DNA of 64,000 nt from Candidatus Omnitrophota bacterium (GCA_903843285.1 CAIMPC010000010.1:968-64967), one strand, 5' to 3'. Shown: positions 9,851 through 20,852, counted from the stretch's first letter. Translations and numbers: made by a program. The notes: generated by a model not told the origin, from the sequence alone.

Positions 9851-10213
9851 ATGAGCGTAGAGAAAGCGAAAGCGTACTATACCGACAGAAGCGGTCCAGG
9901 AAAACTCAATTGCGGCCAGGCTGTGATAGCCGCATTCAAGGAAAAATTCTCCCTCAGCGATGATAGCGTTAATCTTTTTGCCGCATACGGCAGTGGCAGG
10001 GCTCCTGAGAACGTCTGCGGAACACTTTATGCCGCGCAGTATCTATTGAAGGGTAAAGATCAGGAGAAGCTCGCTCAGTGTGAGAAAATATTTATAGCTA
10101 AGGCCGGATCGACCAAGTGCAAAGAGATAAGGAAACTGAATAAGCTTTCGTGCGTAGGGTGCGTGGAGACGATAGCGGAATTTTTAGATAATATAGAGAC
10201 TAAAGTTTTATGA
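9851..10213 (+). CDS. C_GCAxxG_C_C family putative redox protein
   Basis: Motifs NCGQAVIAAF, CGTLYAA and CKEI match the C_GCAxxG_C_C family pattern. 120 aa. Confidence 0.6.
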   Translation: MSVEKAKAYYTDRSGPGKLNCGQAVIAAFKEKFSLSDDSVNLFAAYGSGRAPENVCGTLYAAQYLLKGKDQEKLAQCEKIFIAKAGSTKCKEIRKLNKLSCVGCVETIAEFLDNIETKVL

Positions 10214-10629
10214 TGAGCATGTTACTAATGAAGCTTCCGTACAATAATATTAAGCGATCTAAGGTAATAATTATTGCAATATTACTTAGCGCCTGGACGC
10301 CGTTCGGAATATTGCAGATTTTGCGCGCCGATACGACCAATAAGATCAGCGCTTCAATAGTTACGCACGATGAGGGCGTTAAGGGCAAGATCATTGCGGA
10401 TAAAGCTAAGATAGACGAGGAGCGGAATGCGATACTGGCCGCCGATAAGAGACTGCAAGAGGCAAAAAAGACTCATGATAAGGCAAAGATAGAGCAGGTG
10501 AGTAAGGAAGTGGAACAGGAGATTAAGACAAGGAAAGATACCATTAAAAATATCAAGGCGGATATAAGAAATAAGGAGAATGGCGCTGGATCATTTGGGC
10601 AGGGAAGTAAGCGACATCGCGTAAAATGA
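10210..10629 (+). CDS. hypothetical membrane-anchored coiled-coil protein (139 aa)
   Basis: N-terminal hydrophobic helix, then a Lys/Glu-rich helical segment. Overlaps neighbours by 4 nt, so likely translationally coupled. Confidence 0.4.
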   Translation: MMSMLLMKLPYNNIKRSKVIIIAILLSAWTPFGILQILRADTTNKISASIVTHDEGVKGKIIADKAKIDEERNAILAADKRLQEAKKTHDKAKIEQVSKEVEQEIKTRKDTIKNIKADIRNKENGAGSFGQGSKRHRVK

Positions 10630-10940
10630 TAAAGGGGGCTTACGTGAATAAAGGTATAGTTTTATTAATAGGAGCGATATTGTTATTGGCAGGTTTATTA
10701 TATGCGTCTGATGAATATGCAGGCTCTGCTAAATCAGAGTTCGGTAGAAAGACGGTTGATACTGTGACCGACACTACGAAATCAGCTGTAAGCGGGACAG
10801 AAAAGATAGCGACGACTTCAGTCAGTGACACTATAGCGATGCCCGGAACTGCCATTCAGGCCATTAAGAATACCGCGAATACAGCGTTAAAAGGTACTGA
10901 TGCGGCGATGAAGACGCTTACGGGTGAGGACAAACAATAA
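10626..10940 (+). CDS. hypothetical secreted Thr/Ala-rich protein (104 aa)
   Basis: Signal-peptide-like N-terminus (VLLIGAILLLAGLLYA) followed by low-complexity sequence. Confidence 0.4.
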   Translation: MIKGAYVNKGIVLLIGAILLLAGLLYASDEYAGSAKSEFGRKTVDTVTDTTKSAVSGTEKIATTSVSDTIAMPGTAIQAIKNTANTALKGTDAAMKTLTGEDKQ

Positions 10941-11020
10941 TTAATCTACCCTATTAACAGGATGTCAAAGATATTCCCAATAGTTAGCCATATGGCCAAT
11001 ATGGCACCACCTATAATAAT

Positions 11021-12217
11021 ATGAAGAGTCATATATTGAGAAATACCATCGTAGTAATTATTTATAATCTGGCAATAATTGCGACCTTCTTGTTGGCCTG
11101 TGAGCTATACGCGCGGCATGTTTATAATTATCCCGGAGCCGCCGGCTTCATGACGAGGGATTCCATATTCCATCATATTCCACCGCCTTACTGTAAAGGC
11201 CGCATGGCCAGTAAAGATGACTTCGACATTCCGTTTACGCTCAATAATAAAGGCATGCGTGGTCCGTCGGACTACGTATACGATAAAAATAAAGATACCT
11301 TCAGGGTTGCGATTCTGGGAGATTCTTTCACTTTTGGTATGGGTGTAGATAGTAGGCAGACCGCATCTGTTATTTTGAACAAGCTGCTTAATTCATCGGG
11401 TAAGAATAGATATGAGGCATTGAATTTTGGAGTATGCAGTTATTCGCCGCTTCTGGAGTATATATATCTTACGCATGAGGCGGTGAAATATAATCCGGAT
11501 CTCGTAGTATTGATGCTGGACGAGAGTGACGTGCAGGATGACTATTTTTATGAGCCTCACATCGTTCGCGACCGGGAAGGCAATATTGCAGGATGCGATC
11601 CCATGGTCAGAAACGGCCGAGCGGATATCTGGGAGTGGTGCCTTAAACATTCACGCCTTCTCTATATATTAGACCAGAAGATGTTTGAATCCCTCAGAAA
11701 GGTTCAGGCCATAGGTTTCGGTAATTATATAAAGAATAAATTAAGGAAGAAACGTAATAAGCAGGAGATCATCCTTAATAAAGATATAGATAATGTCAGG
11801 TTCGATAAATTTATCATGCATAGGGAAGGCAAAAATAAAGACGTAGTAATGCGCCACTGGTCGAGGACCGCAAATTATATAAAGATGATAAAGGAATATC
11901 TGGATCGTAAGGGAATAAGGATGGTGCTTGTCGTATATCCTTATGGGCATCAGGTTTCGGAAAATCAATGGGCGAAGGGACGATCCTATTGGGCGTTTGA
12001 ACGTAATAAGGTATATGATCCGACCGAAGGGTTCAATATAATCGCCGATTTTGCCAGACTGAATAATATCGATTTCATAAATCTATACAGCGCATTTCGA
12101 CTTCATAAGGACGAACCGCTCTTCTTTAACACAGACGGCCACTGGACCGTTCGGGCCCATGAGGTGGCCGCTGATGCCATATTTGCCGATGATGTATTTA
12201 AGCGGAACCTGCAGTAG
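11021..12217 (+). CDS. membrane-anchored SGNH/GDSL-like hydrolase (AlgX/AlgJ/DltD-like fold)
   Basis: N-terminal TM anchor, then a GDSL block VAILGDSFTFGMGV. Confidence 0.55.
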   Translation: MKSHILRNTIVVIIYNLAIIATFLLACELYARHVYNYPGAAGFMTRDSIFHHIPPPYCKGRMASKDDFDIPFTLNNKGMRGPSDYVYDKNKDTFRVAILGDSFTFGMGVDSRQTASVILNKLLNSSGKNRYEALNFGVCSYSPLLEYIYLTHEAVKYNPDLVVLMLDESDVQDDYFYEPHIVRDREGNIAGCDPMVRNGRADIWEWCLKHSRLLYILDQKMFESLRKVQAIGFGNYIKNKLRKKRNKQEIILNKDIDNVRFDKFIMHREGKNKDVVMRHWSRTANYIKMIKEYLDRKGIRMVLVVYPYGHQVSENQWAKGRSYWAFERNKVYDPTEGFNIIADFARLNNIDFINLYSAFRLHKDEPLFFNTDGHWTVRAHEVAADAIFADDVFKRNLQ

Positions 12218-12325
12218 TAATCTTAACGGGAACTTTTTACTAAGTATCTTTGTCTAAGTATGGCGGCGGCACATGCGTGTCAAGTTAGACTCGTCTTTTC
12301 GAATCATTACTGGATAATCGGTATA

Positions 12326-13648
12326 ATGCATATTCGCAGGTGGATATTTACGTTCATAATAATTACGCTTCTATTTGCCAATAACGTTATGGCAGAGGAA
12401 TCGGTTATCTGGTTAAAGTGTGTCAATGAGGCGAAGAATAACCATCCCGATCTGGTATCGGCCTTGGAAAAGGTGAGCCAATATAAGGCGGCCAAAGAGG
12501 TTACCAGGAGCGCATATCTGCCGCAGATAACGGGAAATGCCAGCGAAGTTACCTCTAAAGGCGCTACCTTCGGAAGCACCGGCGGCGATAATGCCCAGAG
12601 CGATGTCCAGGTAGGCGCCTCCCGCAGGCAATCCACGTCATACGATTACAGCGTAACGGGCCAACAGCTCATGTTCGATGGCTTTAAGACGTCATTTAAT
12701 CTCTCCACCGCCGAAAGAAACATAGTAGCTTCGAAATATAATTACGATGTTACTTCATCCAATGTGCGGCTCAGGCTGAGGACGGCGTTTGTTAATTTAT
12801 TGACCGCTCAGGAACTGCTGAAAATCTCAGAGGATATACGTGATCGGCGAAAACAAAATCTGGATCTGGTCAGACTGCGATACGAGGGAGGCAGGGAGCA
12901 TAAGGGATCGCTCCTTACTTCCGATGCGGATCTGGCGCAGGCGATATATGATGTGAATTCGGCCGTGCGCAGTATATACCTTTCCGAAAGGCAGCTTACC
13001 AAAGAGCTCGGTCGCAGTAAGTTCATACCTATGATCGCTCAGGGCGACTTCGAGATACATGACGCCGCCAGACAGCGGCCGGATTTCGACATGCTTTGCA
13101 ATACCAATCCGCTATTACAACAGCTTGTAGCCCAAAAGGAGGCCGCGAAGTATGGAGTGCAATCGGCCAAGGCGATGTTCTTTCCTCAAATATATGCCTC
13201 CGGGACTTTAGGCAATACGAATGTGAACGCATTTCCGGATAAGAATGAATGGTCGGTCGGGACTAACCTTACGTTCCCATTCTTTGATGGTGGCAATACG
13301 ATAGCCACTGTCGCCAAGTCCAGGGCTGCCCTCGGCCAGGCTGAGGCGGACGAGCGTAGCGGCCGAGACGGCGTGATCTTCACGCTTTCGAACACATGGA
13401 CGGTTATGCAGGATGCCATCGATAAAGTATTTGTGGCGAAGAAGTCGCTGGAGGCCTCTCTGGAGCGCGCCAGGATTGCGGAGGCAGAATATTCTATCGG
13501 ACTTTTAATATATGATAACTGGATAATAATAGAGAATAACCTGGTTACGGCAAAGAGAACTTATCTGGCCGCCGAGCGCGATGCTTTAATTGCGGAAGCC
13601 AACTGGGTGCAGGCAAAAGGGGGGACATTAGATTATGATCAGAAATAA
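12326..13648 (+). CDS. TolC-like outer membrane efflux protein (OEP family)
   Basis: Signal peptide MHIRRWIFTFIIITLLFANNVMA-EE and two OEP repeats. The ORF-track start at 12260 is upstream of the signal peptide. Sits directly upstream of macAB. Confidence 0.8.
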   Translation: MHIRRWIFTFIIITLLFANNVMAEESVIWLKCVNEAKNNHPDLVSALEKVSQYKAAKEVTRSAYLPQITGNASEVTSKGATFGSTGGDNAQSDVQVGASRRQSTSYDYSVTGQQLMFDGFKTSFNLSTAERNIVASKYNYDVTSSNVRLRLRTAFVNLLTAQELLKISEDIRDRRKQNLDLVRLRYEGGREHKGSLLTSDADLAQAIYDVNSAVRSIYLSERQLTKELGRSKFIPMIAQGDFEIHDAARQRPDFDMLCNTNPLLQQLVAQKEAAKYGVQSAKAMFFPQIYASGTLGNTNVNAFPDKNEWSVGTNLTFPFFDGGNTIATVAKSRAALGQAEADERSGRDGVIFTLSNTWTVMQDAIDKVFVAKKSLEASLERARIAEAEYSIGLLIYDNWIIIENNLVTAKRTYLAAERDALIAEANWVQAKGGTLDYDQK

Positions 13649-14591
13649 GCGGCTGATTTTCATCGGTGTATTTATCGTTATCATAGGAGCCGTTATCTTA
13701 ATAAAAGTTAGCAATAAACCTTCGGCAGAGATCGTGCAGGAGATAAGCCCCGTCTATGGAGATATTCAGACCGTTGTAACCGCTACCGCTACGGTACAGC
13801 CCCAGAACAGACTGGAGATAAAATCGCCGATAAATGGAAGGATAGAGAAGATATTGGTAAAAGAAGGCGATATGGTAAAAGCGGGGCAGATGCTGGCGTT
13901 GATGAGCTCTACCGAGAGAGCGGCCCTTCTGGATGCGGCCAAGTCGCAGGGCCCGGATGTCATAAAATATTGGGAAGACGTCTACAAACCGACACCGCTC
14001 CTATCTCCCATAGATGGAGAGGTGATTGTGAGTAAAGATTATCCGGGGCAGACGATCACATCTAATGATGCCGTAGTGGCTTTGTCCGATCACCTCATAG
14101 TCCAGGCGCAGGTCGACGAGACGGACATAGGCAAGATCAGGCTTGGCCAGGAGGCGACTTTAAGTTTGGATGCATACCCTCAGATAAAGATAAAAGGCAA
14201 GATAAACCATATATATTATGAATCGCTTATTGTGAATAATGTAACTATTTATCAGGTGGATATATTGCCGGAAAGCGTGCCGGGTACATTTCGTTCCGGT
14301 ATGAGCGCTACGGTTAATATATTAGTGGAGGCCAAAGATAATGTGCTGGTCCTGCCGGTCAAGGCGGTCAGGCGAGGCAGTCAGGGGGCATATGTTCTTT
14401 TGAGCCAGGCACCGGGTAAAAAACCGATCGAACGTGTGGTAGGGCTCGGCAGTAGCGACGATAAAAATGTGGAGATAGCGTCGGGGTTAACTACCGAAGA
14501 TAGAGTAATATCAGTTACTCAAAAGTATAAGGCAAGTACAGCTAAGACCAATGTCAATCCCCTAAGTCCGATGTCGAGGAAAAAGCAGTAA
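13635..14591 (+). CDS. macA: MacA-like periplasmic adaptor (HlyD/membrane fusion protein family)
   Basis: N-terminal TM anchor plus biotinyl-lipoyl-like and beta-barrel MFP segments. Overlaps tolC by 14 nt and precedes macB. Confidence 0.8.
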   Translation: MIRNKRLIFIGVFIVIIGAVILIKVSNKPSAEIVQEISPVYGDIQTVVTATATVQPQNRLEIKSPINGRIEKILVKEGDMVKAGQMLALMSSTERAALLDAAKSQGPDVIKYWEDVYKPTPLLSPIDGEVIVSKDYPGQTITSNDAVVALSDHLIVQAQVDETDIGKIRLGQEATLSLDAYPQIKIKGKINHIYYESLIVNNVTIYQVDILPESVPGTFRSGMSATVNILVEAKDNVLVLPVKAVRRGSQGAYVLLSQAPGKKPIERVVGLGSSDDKNVEIASGLTTEDRVISVTQKYKASTAKTNVNPLSPMSRKKQ

Positions 14592-14603
14592 GCCGGGAAT
14601 AAG

Positions 14604-16580
14604 ATGAGCATCATAGAACTGAAAAATATAAAAAAGACCTACTCTACCGGTAAAGCGGCTGTGGCAGCATTGCAGGGTGTATCCATAACGATCGAGCAGG
14701 GAGAGTTTGTAGCGATCATGGGCCCTTCCGGTTCCGGAAAATCAACGCTTTTACATTTACTGGGATTTTTAGACAGGCCCGATTCCGGAGAATTTATTTT
14801 AGGCGGCACAGATGTAACCAGCCTTACGAATAATCAACTGGCTTTACTCAGGAATAATCTGATGGGATTCGTTTTTCAGCAGTTTCATTTACTTCCCCGG
14901 ATAACTTCGCTGGAAAACGCGGAACTGCCTTTAATATATGCCGGCAAAAGGCACATGAAGTCCGATGCAATGGCCAGAATAACCGAAGTGGGCCTCGCCC
15001 AGAGGGCCCTGCACAGGTCGAACGAGCTTTCCGGCGGTGAACAGCAGCGCGTAGCTATCGCCAGGGCCCTTGTGAACGATCCGCTGGTCATATTTGCGGA
15101 TGAGCCGACAGGCAACCTCGATACTAAAAGCCAGAATGAGATAATGGCGATCATTGCCGAATTAAACAGAAAAGGCAAGACCGTTGTTATGGTCACCCAC
15201 GAGGAAGAGGTCGCGGAATACGCCAAACGAATTATACGTATGAGGGATGGTAAGATCATTGCTGACGAAAAGAAGCCGGGACGCCCGGCAGAGGTGATCG
15301 CGAAACCTGTAAAGATATCTATCGATAGTATAATATCCGCCTCCCACACCGAAATAAAACGCGCCGAACTTACAGACCATTTTCGGCAGGCCTTTTTTGC
15401 CATAGTCTCGCATAAGATGCGGGCACTGCTTTCCATGCTGGGTATACTCATAGGCGTAGCCGCGGTAATAGCTATGCTTGCGCTGGGCTCAGGCGCCCAG
15501 GAGTCTATTCAAAAGCAGTTGGCTTCTCTGGGGTCGAATCTTCTTATGGTGCGTCCGGGTTCCCAGCAGCTGCATGGTGTGTCGCTCGGGGCCGGATCGG
15601 TTACGCGGTTTACATTTCAGGACGTAGATGCGATAGCGAAGCTGAATGGTGTGGCGCGCGTCTCACCTTCAGTCAGCGGCGGCGGCCAATTAGTCTATGC
15701 GAATAAAAACTGGAGTTCTCAGATCCAGGGCCAGGGCGTGAACTATGCCCCGATACATGCGGCAGTGCCGACCATCGGCCGCTTCTTTGCGGAAGAAGAT
15801 GTGAGGATGCGCACCAGAGTCGCCTTGCTGGGAGCGACCGTATTAAAACAACTTTACGGAGACGTCGATCCGTTAGACACGTATATTAAGATAAACCGTA
15901 TAAGTTTTAAAGTGATAGGCATTCTTCCCGAGAAAGGCGCGACCGGCTGGCGTGACCAGGATGACGTAGTGGTGATACCGGTGACAACGGGCATGTATCG
16001 GCTTTTTGGAAAACAATATATCGATTCCATCGATGTGGAAGTTACGGATCTTTCTTTAATGGATGATGTGCAAAAATCTATAATGGACGTGCTTATTAAG
16101 CGTCACCGCCTGTCACCGACCAAGGAGTCCGAAAATACTTTCGAGATCCGGAATATGGCCGATATTAAAAATACTTTAGAGGCCACTACGAAGACCATGT
16201 CATGGCTATTGGGATCGATCGCGGCCATTTCGCTTCTCGTAGGAGGTATAGGTATTATGAATATCATGCTCGTTTCGGTCACGGAACGGACAAGAGAGAT
16301 TGGCCTCAGAAAGGCCATAGGCGCGCGAGAGTCCGACATTATGGCGCAGTTTCTTATAGAGGCGGTTACGTTGACATTTGTGGGCGGCATTGTAGGCGTG
16401 ATATTTGGCGCCAGCATCGCGCTTCTCCTAGCCCTGATAGCTAATTGGACGATAAGGATATCGATATTTTCAATCCTTTTGGCAACCATCTTCTCGATTG
16501 TGGTAGGAATAATTTTTGGATTATGGCCGGCCCGCCAGGCCGCAAAGCTTAACCCGATAGAAGCGCTCAGATATGAGTAG
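14604..16580 (+). CDS. macB: MacB-type ABC transporter (ATPase fused to FtsX-like permease)
   Basis: Walker A GPSGSGKST, LSGGEQQRVAIARAL and Walker B IFADEPTGNLD. Followed by a 4-TM FtsX domain with a large periplasmic loop. Confidence 0.85.
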   Translation: MSIIELKNIKKTYSTGKAAVAALQGVSITIEQGEFVAIMGPSGSGKSTLLHLLGFLDRPDSGEFILGGTDVTSLTNNQLALLRNNLMGFVFQQFHLLPRITSLENAELPLIYAGKRHMKSDAMARITEVGLAQRALHRSNELSGGEQQRVAIARALVNDPLVIFADEPTGNLDTKSQNEIMAIIAELNRKGKTVVMVTHEEEVAEYAKRIIRMRDGKIIADEKKPGRPAEVIAKPVKISIDSIISASHTEIKRAELTDHFRQAFFAIVSHKMRALLSMLGILIGVAAVIAMLALGSGAQESIQKQLASLGSNLLMVRPGSQQLHGVSLGAGSVTRFTFQDVDAIAKLNGVARVSPSVSGGGQLVYANKNWSSQIQGQGVNYAPIHAAVPTIGRFFAEEDVRMRTRVALLGATVLKQLYGDVDPLDTYIKINRISFKVIGILPEKGATGWRDQDDVVVIPVTTGMYRLFGKQYIDSIDVEVTDLSLMDDVQKSIMDVLIKRHRLSPTKESENTFEIRNMADIKNTLEATTKTMSWLLGSIAAISLLVGGIGIMNIMLVSVTERTREIGLRKAIGARESDIMAQFLIEAVTLTFVGGIVGVIFGASIALLLALIANWTIRISIFSILLATIFSIVVGIIFGLWPARQAAKLNPIEALRYE

Positions 16581-16643
16581 TCCAAATATGCGTAAGTATG
16601 TTACAATAGATCTTCTTTCATTGATTGATATACCGTCGAGGAG

Positions 16644-17546
16644 ATGATGGAAATATTTTTAAATGCCTTTTTTGAGACCGCGCAACTATTACCGATACTT
16701 GCGCTGGTATATTTTCTTATAGGATTTCTCGAATATAAATTCGGATCTCATATAAACCAGTTCATGGCGCATATGGGAAATCTGGGGCCTGTAGTCGGAG
16801 CGTTATTTGGCTGTATACCTCAGTGCGGGTTCTCGATAGTGGCGTCGGCTTTATATGTTAAGCGCGTGATATCTGTCGGAACTCTATTATCGGTATTTTT
16901 ATCAACTTCGGATGAAGCGGTTCCCATTTTATTATCGATGCCCAACAGGACCGGTATGGTGGGGCTTCTTATAGCGATTAAGATATTCGTAGCTATAGTT
17001 GCCGGCGTTATGGTTGATTATATAATACGCCGATATAACACGCATAAACAAAATCAACAAAACGCATCAGATGGAGCTTGTGGATGCGATATTGTTAATG
17101 CGCATGAAGGATGCTGTGCTCACGGGGTATATGGTGAGCAATCGAAGCTAAAAGTATTGCTTCTACATCCCCTAAAGCATACGCTCAAGATTTTTTTATT
17201 TCTACTATTTTTGACCATGGCGTTTGATTATGCGATAGTGAGAATGGGGGTACAGAAGATATCCTATGTCCTCATGAAAGGCACTCTATTTCAGCCGGTT
17301 CTGGCTTCTCTGATAGGACTAATTCCTAATTGTTTTGCTTCAGCCCTGCTTGTAGAGCTATTTGACAAGACGGTGATCAGCTTCGGATCCATGATGGCGG
17401 GGCTTTGCGCAGGTACGGGGCTCGGACTTCTGGTCCTTATAAAAGAAAATAAAGATTATAAAGATACTCTGCGCGTGATAGGGCTACTTATGGCAGTAAG
17501 TATTTTTGTCGGAGTTGTAATTCAGTTTATCGGACTACCGCGGTAA
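16644..17546 (+). CDS. polytopic membrane protein with paired Cys motifs and a Cys/His-rich loop; putative metal(loid) permease
   Basis: Multiple TM helices, GCIPQCGFS, and a loop DGACGCDIVNAHEGCCAHG. Family assignment (ArsP-like?) is tentative. Confidence 0.45.
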   Translation: MMEIFLNAFFETAQLLPILALVYFLIGFLEYKFGSHINQFMAHMGNLGPVVGALFGCIPQCGFSIVASALYVKRVISVGTLLSVFLSTSDEAVPILLSMPNRTGMVGLLIAIKIFVAIVAGVMVDYIIRRYNTHKQNQQNASDGACGCDIVNAHEGCCAHGVYGEQSKLKVLLLHPLKHTLKIFLFLLFLTMAFDYAIVRMGVQKISYVLMKGTLFQPVLASLIGLIPNCFASALLVELFDKTVISFGSMMAGLCAGTGLGLLVLIKENKDYKDTLRVIGLLMAVSIFVGVVIQFIGLPR

Positions 17547-17579
17547 TTAAATTTTAATTTTATTTATGGAGACAGGCAA

Positions 17580-18350
17580 ATGTTAAGATCAAATATAGTT
17601 CAGATAGTATCTCTTTTAGGAATACCCGGAATATACCTATATATCTGCAGACGTCTTAAGATTAGTCCGATGCGCATAAAAATTCCAATATTCGGATATG
17701 TGAAGACATTTCATGAGGTAAGAAATATATTTGATAACTTTGGCGGTTCGGGGGAATTAAGGGACAAGTCGGTGGAACGCTTCATCTCGAAGAAAGCCGA
17801 GCCATGCGTGATAGATTGCGGTGTAAATGTGGGTATCACGGTAAGATGGTGGTTTCATCTTAATCGCGGGGCGAAAGTATATGGGGTAGATATGATGAAA
17901 GAGGCGCAGGAATTTACGGTGAAAGCTATAGGATCGATCGGCGTGTCCGAGGACAACTATACTCCGATTGTGGCCGCGCTATGGAGCGAAGATGGTAAGC
18001 AGTTTAAGGTCGGCATAGGTGATCCTCTATACGGCGATCACGGCTTATATCGTAAAGGTAAGGAAATATCGGAAAGGACCTTTATTACAAATAGGCTGGA
18101 TACGATCTTCGACCATAAAAATATTATCTGTGTGGATCTTTTAAAGATTGATATTGAAGGCGCCGGGGGCGAGGCGTTAAAGGGCGCGGGTAATCTGCTA
18201 AAGAAGACCGGTAACATTTTTCTCGAGACCCACTCTATAGAGGAAAGTAATCTGGCAGGAGATATCCTTAAGGAAAATGATTTTATCCTAAGACGAAGCT
18301 CGGCCAGACATCAATGGTGGGCTCGGGCATCACAGCGGGAGATTATATGA
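17580..18350 (+). CDS. FkbM-family SAM-dependent methyltransferase
   Basis: VIDCGVNVGIT matches the SAM-binding Gly motif. LLKIDIEGAGGEAL matches the FkbM hallmark KIDxEGxE. Confidence 0.7.
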   Translation: MLRSNIVQIVSLLGIPGIYLYICRRLKISPMRIKIPIFGYVKTFHEVRNIFDNFGGSGELRDKSVERFISKKAEPCVIDCGVNVGITVRWWFHLNRGAKVYGVDMMKEAQEFTVKAIGSIGVSEDNYTPIVAALWSEDGKQFKVGIGDPLYGDHGLYRKGKEISERTFITNRLDTIFDHKNIICVDLLKIDIEGAGGEALKGAGNLLKKTGNIFLETHSIEESNLAGDILKENDFILRRSSARHQWWARASQREII

Positions 18351-18505
18351 TAACAGCATTGTGGGCGATAGCTATTCTATTGATATTGAGTGTAATATAC
18401 CTGCAGAAATTCATGCGTGATATGGCGGTAGTGGAGAGCGAGCTTATTAAAGAGCTTAAAGAGATGAAACAGTACTTAAAAAAGATAAGCGAGAAGCAGC
18501 TATAA
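18314..18505 (+). CDS. hypothetical small membrane protein (63 aa)
   Basis: One TM helix plus a charged helix. Overlaps the FkbM gene end. Weak. Confidence 0.3.
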   Translation: MVGSGITAGDYMITALWAIAILLILSVIYLQKFMRDMAVVESELIKELKEMKQYLKKISEKQL

Positions 18506-18602
18506 ATAGTTTTGTGACAATTTTAATCATAATTAAATTGATACGTAGACAATAAGGTGATATGATTCAACTATAACAAAACAGAAAGGGAGGGCGGAAG
18601 TA

Positions 18603-18944
18603 ATGAAGAAGATAGTAATGATTTTGTTGGCGCTGGCATTTATTGGTTCGGTCTCTTTTGCCGAGGGCGGAGATGTAGTTAAGTCTATTACGGAAAAGAC
18701 AAAGACAGTTATTGGCAAAGTGGTCAATGTCACAGTGGCAGAACCCGCAAAGGGTATTAATGCCGGGGCTGTAACAATTACTGACGATGTGGGAAAGGCC
18801 ACCACCTACACGGTAACCTCATCGGCAAAGATTCTCGGTACCTCTTTGGATGTCATTACCCTGAATCAGCTTAAGATAGGCGATAAGATTAAAATAAAGC
18901 CTACGGAAACGAATGAAGCTAAGTCGATAAAAGTCGTAAAGTAG
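18603..18944 (+). CDS. hypothetical secreted protein (113 aa)
   Basis: Signal peptide MKKIVMILLALAFIGSVSFA. GGAGGG RBS. Followed by a strong terminator. Confidence 0.55.
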   Translation: MKKIVMILLALAFIGSVSFAEGGDVVKSITEKTKTVIGKVVNVTVAEPAKGINAGAVTITDDVGKATTYTVTSSAKILGTSLDVITLNQLKIGDKIKIKPTETNEAKSIKVVK

Positions 18945-18964
18945 AGAAGATAGCAGTACATGAA

Positions 18965-19001
18965 ATCCCCGCACTCAATGAATCGAGTGCGGGGATTTTT
19001 A
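18965..19001 (+). terminator. rho-independent terminator
   Basis: Perfect 12-bp stem ATCCCCGCACTC / GAGTGCGGGGAT with an 8-nt loop, followed by TTTTT. Confidence 0.8.
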
Positions 19002-19113
19002 ATAGACCGCGCGCGAATAAATTTACTTCTATCTTATTGATTTGCAGAGTATAATGAAGGAGTTTAGCAGGCCTTTTCGAGAATAGGGATTTCCAAGCAA
19101 TAGCGGGGTTATA

Positions 19114-19578
19114 TTGAACAATAAGTTAATAGCTGTAGCGCTTAGCATAGTACTCTTATTATCAGGGTATTGCATGCCTTCTTTCGGTCAGACTGCTAAA
19201 ATCCCGGATGATATTAATGGGGGATGCTTAAGCCTGAGTAATGATATGCAGTATTATAAAATCATATCGACACTTTCGAACCAGGAAGATTACGCCGCTT
19301 ACTCCCAGATGGTGCGCGATAGGATAAAGCAGAAGCTCGAATCACATTATAAGCATTACCGCAAGAATGGCGACATCAGCTTATTCTTTGTAATCGGACC
19401 CGATGGCAAATTAGTCCGCACCGATATTGATCTTCAGAATTCCACGAACGATAAGAAGCTTCTCGACATAGCGATAGCCAGCCTGGAGGCCTCATCGCCG
19501 TTCCCTCCCATACCGCAGCGGTTATCCAGTGAAGAGCTTCCTTTTTCCGTTACGATATCGTTTCAGGAAAAGAGATGA
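19114..19578 (+). CDS. secreted TonB C-terminal-domain-like protein
   Basis: Signal peptide. The C-terminal segment (LFFVIGPDGKLVRTDIDLQ...SSPFPPIP) resembles the TonB_C fold. Confidence 0.5.
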   Translation: MNNKLIAVALSIVLLLSGYCMPSFGQTAKIPDDINGGCLSLSNDMQYYKIISTLSNQEDYAAYSQMVRDRIKQKLESHYKHYRKNGDISLFFVIGPDGKLVRTDIDLQNSTNDKKLLDIAIASLEASSPFPPIPQRLSSEELPFSVTISFQEKR

Positions 19579-19688
19579 CGCCCGCTCGATAGTCGCTCAA
19601 AATATCTATTCCGTTTACCCCATACAGCATAGTATAATATTGTTTTAGCCAGTATTGTTGCATAACACGTAAAAAGGGGTTATTCATA

Positions 19689-20852
19689 ATGTCTAAAATT
19701 AGAGTTGCGATAATCGGTGTCGGCAATTGCGCCTCATCGCTTGTGCAGGGCGTTGAATATTATAAGAATGCAAAGGACGGTGATTTCATTCCGGGATTGA
19801 TGCATGCTAACCTGGGTGGATATCGCATAAGTGATATTGAATTTTCTGCCGCCTTTGACATAGATAAGAATAAAGTGGGTAAGGACCTGAGCGAGGCCAT
19901 ATACACCAAACCAAACAATACCAAGGTGTTTGCGAAGGTGCCTTTTCTCGGCGTGAAGGTCCATCGTGGGATGACGCATGACAGCCTCGGAAAATATCTA
20001 TCGAAGGTGATCACCAAGGCTTCCGGCAAGACTGACGATGTAGCCGGGATATTGAAGAAGACTAAGACGGATGTAGTTATTAACTATCTTCCGGTCGGAT
20101 CGGAAGAAGCTACTAAGTGGTATGTCGAGCAGATTCTGAATGCCGGATGCGCGTTTGTTAATTGTATTCCCGTTTTCATTGCCCGCGAAGAATATTGGCA
20201 AAAACGTTTTAAGGATAGAGGCCTGCCTATAATAGGCGATGATATTAAATCTCAGGTTGGAGCTACCATACTTCATAGAGTCCTGACGAACTTGTTTCTG
20301 GATAGAGGGATGCCGGTAGTCCATACCTATCAGCTAAACACCGGAGGAAACACAGACTTTCTTAATATGAAGGAAGAAGAGCGATTGGTCTCGAAAAAGA
20401 TATCTAAGACAAACGCCGTGGTCTCCCAGATACAAAATAGGGGCCTCAGCATCGACAAGGAAAACGTGCATATCGGCCCTAGCGACTACGTTCCATGGCA
20501 GAAGGATAATAAGATCTGTTTCCTGCGCATAGAGAGCAAGCATTTCGGAGATGTGCCAATGAACCTGGAATGCCGGCTATCGGTAGAGGACTCGCCTAAC
20601 TCGGCCGGCGTGGTGGTGGATGCTATAAGGTTGATTAAGATAGCCCTCGATAACGGCATCTCGGGAGTCCTCCTGGGGCCGAGCGCATATCTTAAAAAAT
20701 CTCCCCCGGTACAATATGACGATAACGTCGCCCAGAAGATGGTGGAAGATTTTATCGCAACCTACGGATGGAAAAAGGGATTGGGAAATAAGAAGGCGCG
20801 TTCATGGAAATTTAATTCTAAGAACAAAAAGCGCTCTAAGAATCGATCTTAA
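19689..20852 (+). CDS. ino1: myo-inositol-1-phosphate synthase (MIPS, archaeal/bacterial short type)
   Basis: N-terminal NAD-binding [17 protein letters not shown] and conserved MIPS blocks ([28 protein letters not shown]). Lys-rich C-terminal tail. GGGG RBS. TAGTATAAT -10-like box at ~19631. Confidence 0.8.
   Translation: MSKIRVAIIGVGNCASSLVQGVEYYKNAKDGDFIPGLMHANLGGYRISDIEFSAAFDIDKNKVGKDLSEAIYTKPNNTKVFAKVPFLGVKVHRGMTHDSLGKYLSKVITKASGKTDDVAGILKKTKTDVVINYLPVGSEEATKWYVEQILNAGCAFVNCIPVFIAREEYWQKRFKDRGLPIIGDDIKSQVGATILHRVLTNLFLDRGMPVVHTYQLNTGGNTDFLNMKEEERLVSKKISKTNAVVSQIQNRGLSIDKENVHIGPSDYVPWQKDNKICFLRIESKHFGDVPMNLECRLSVEDSPNSAGVVVDAIRLIKIALDNGISGVLLGPSAYLKKSPPVQYDDNVAQKMVEDFIATYGWKKGLGNKKARSWKFNSKNKKRSKNRS

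Noticed and set aside
14885-15451. Minus-strand ORFs of 150-240 aa inside macB (14885-15451), the MFP gene (34497-35210), mnmE/folE (61708-62385) and the coiled-coil gene (24895-25449)
   Set aside because: Each lies antisense to a + strand gene with strong family motifs. Their translations are low-complexity (Ser/Leu/Arg-rich) with no motifs, so they are shadow ORFs.
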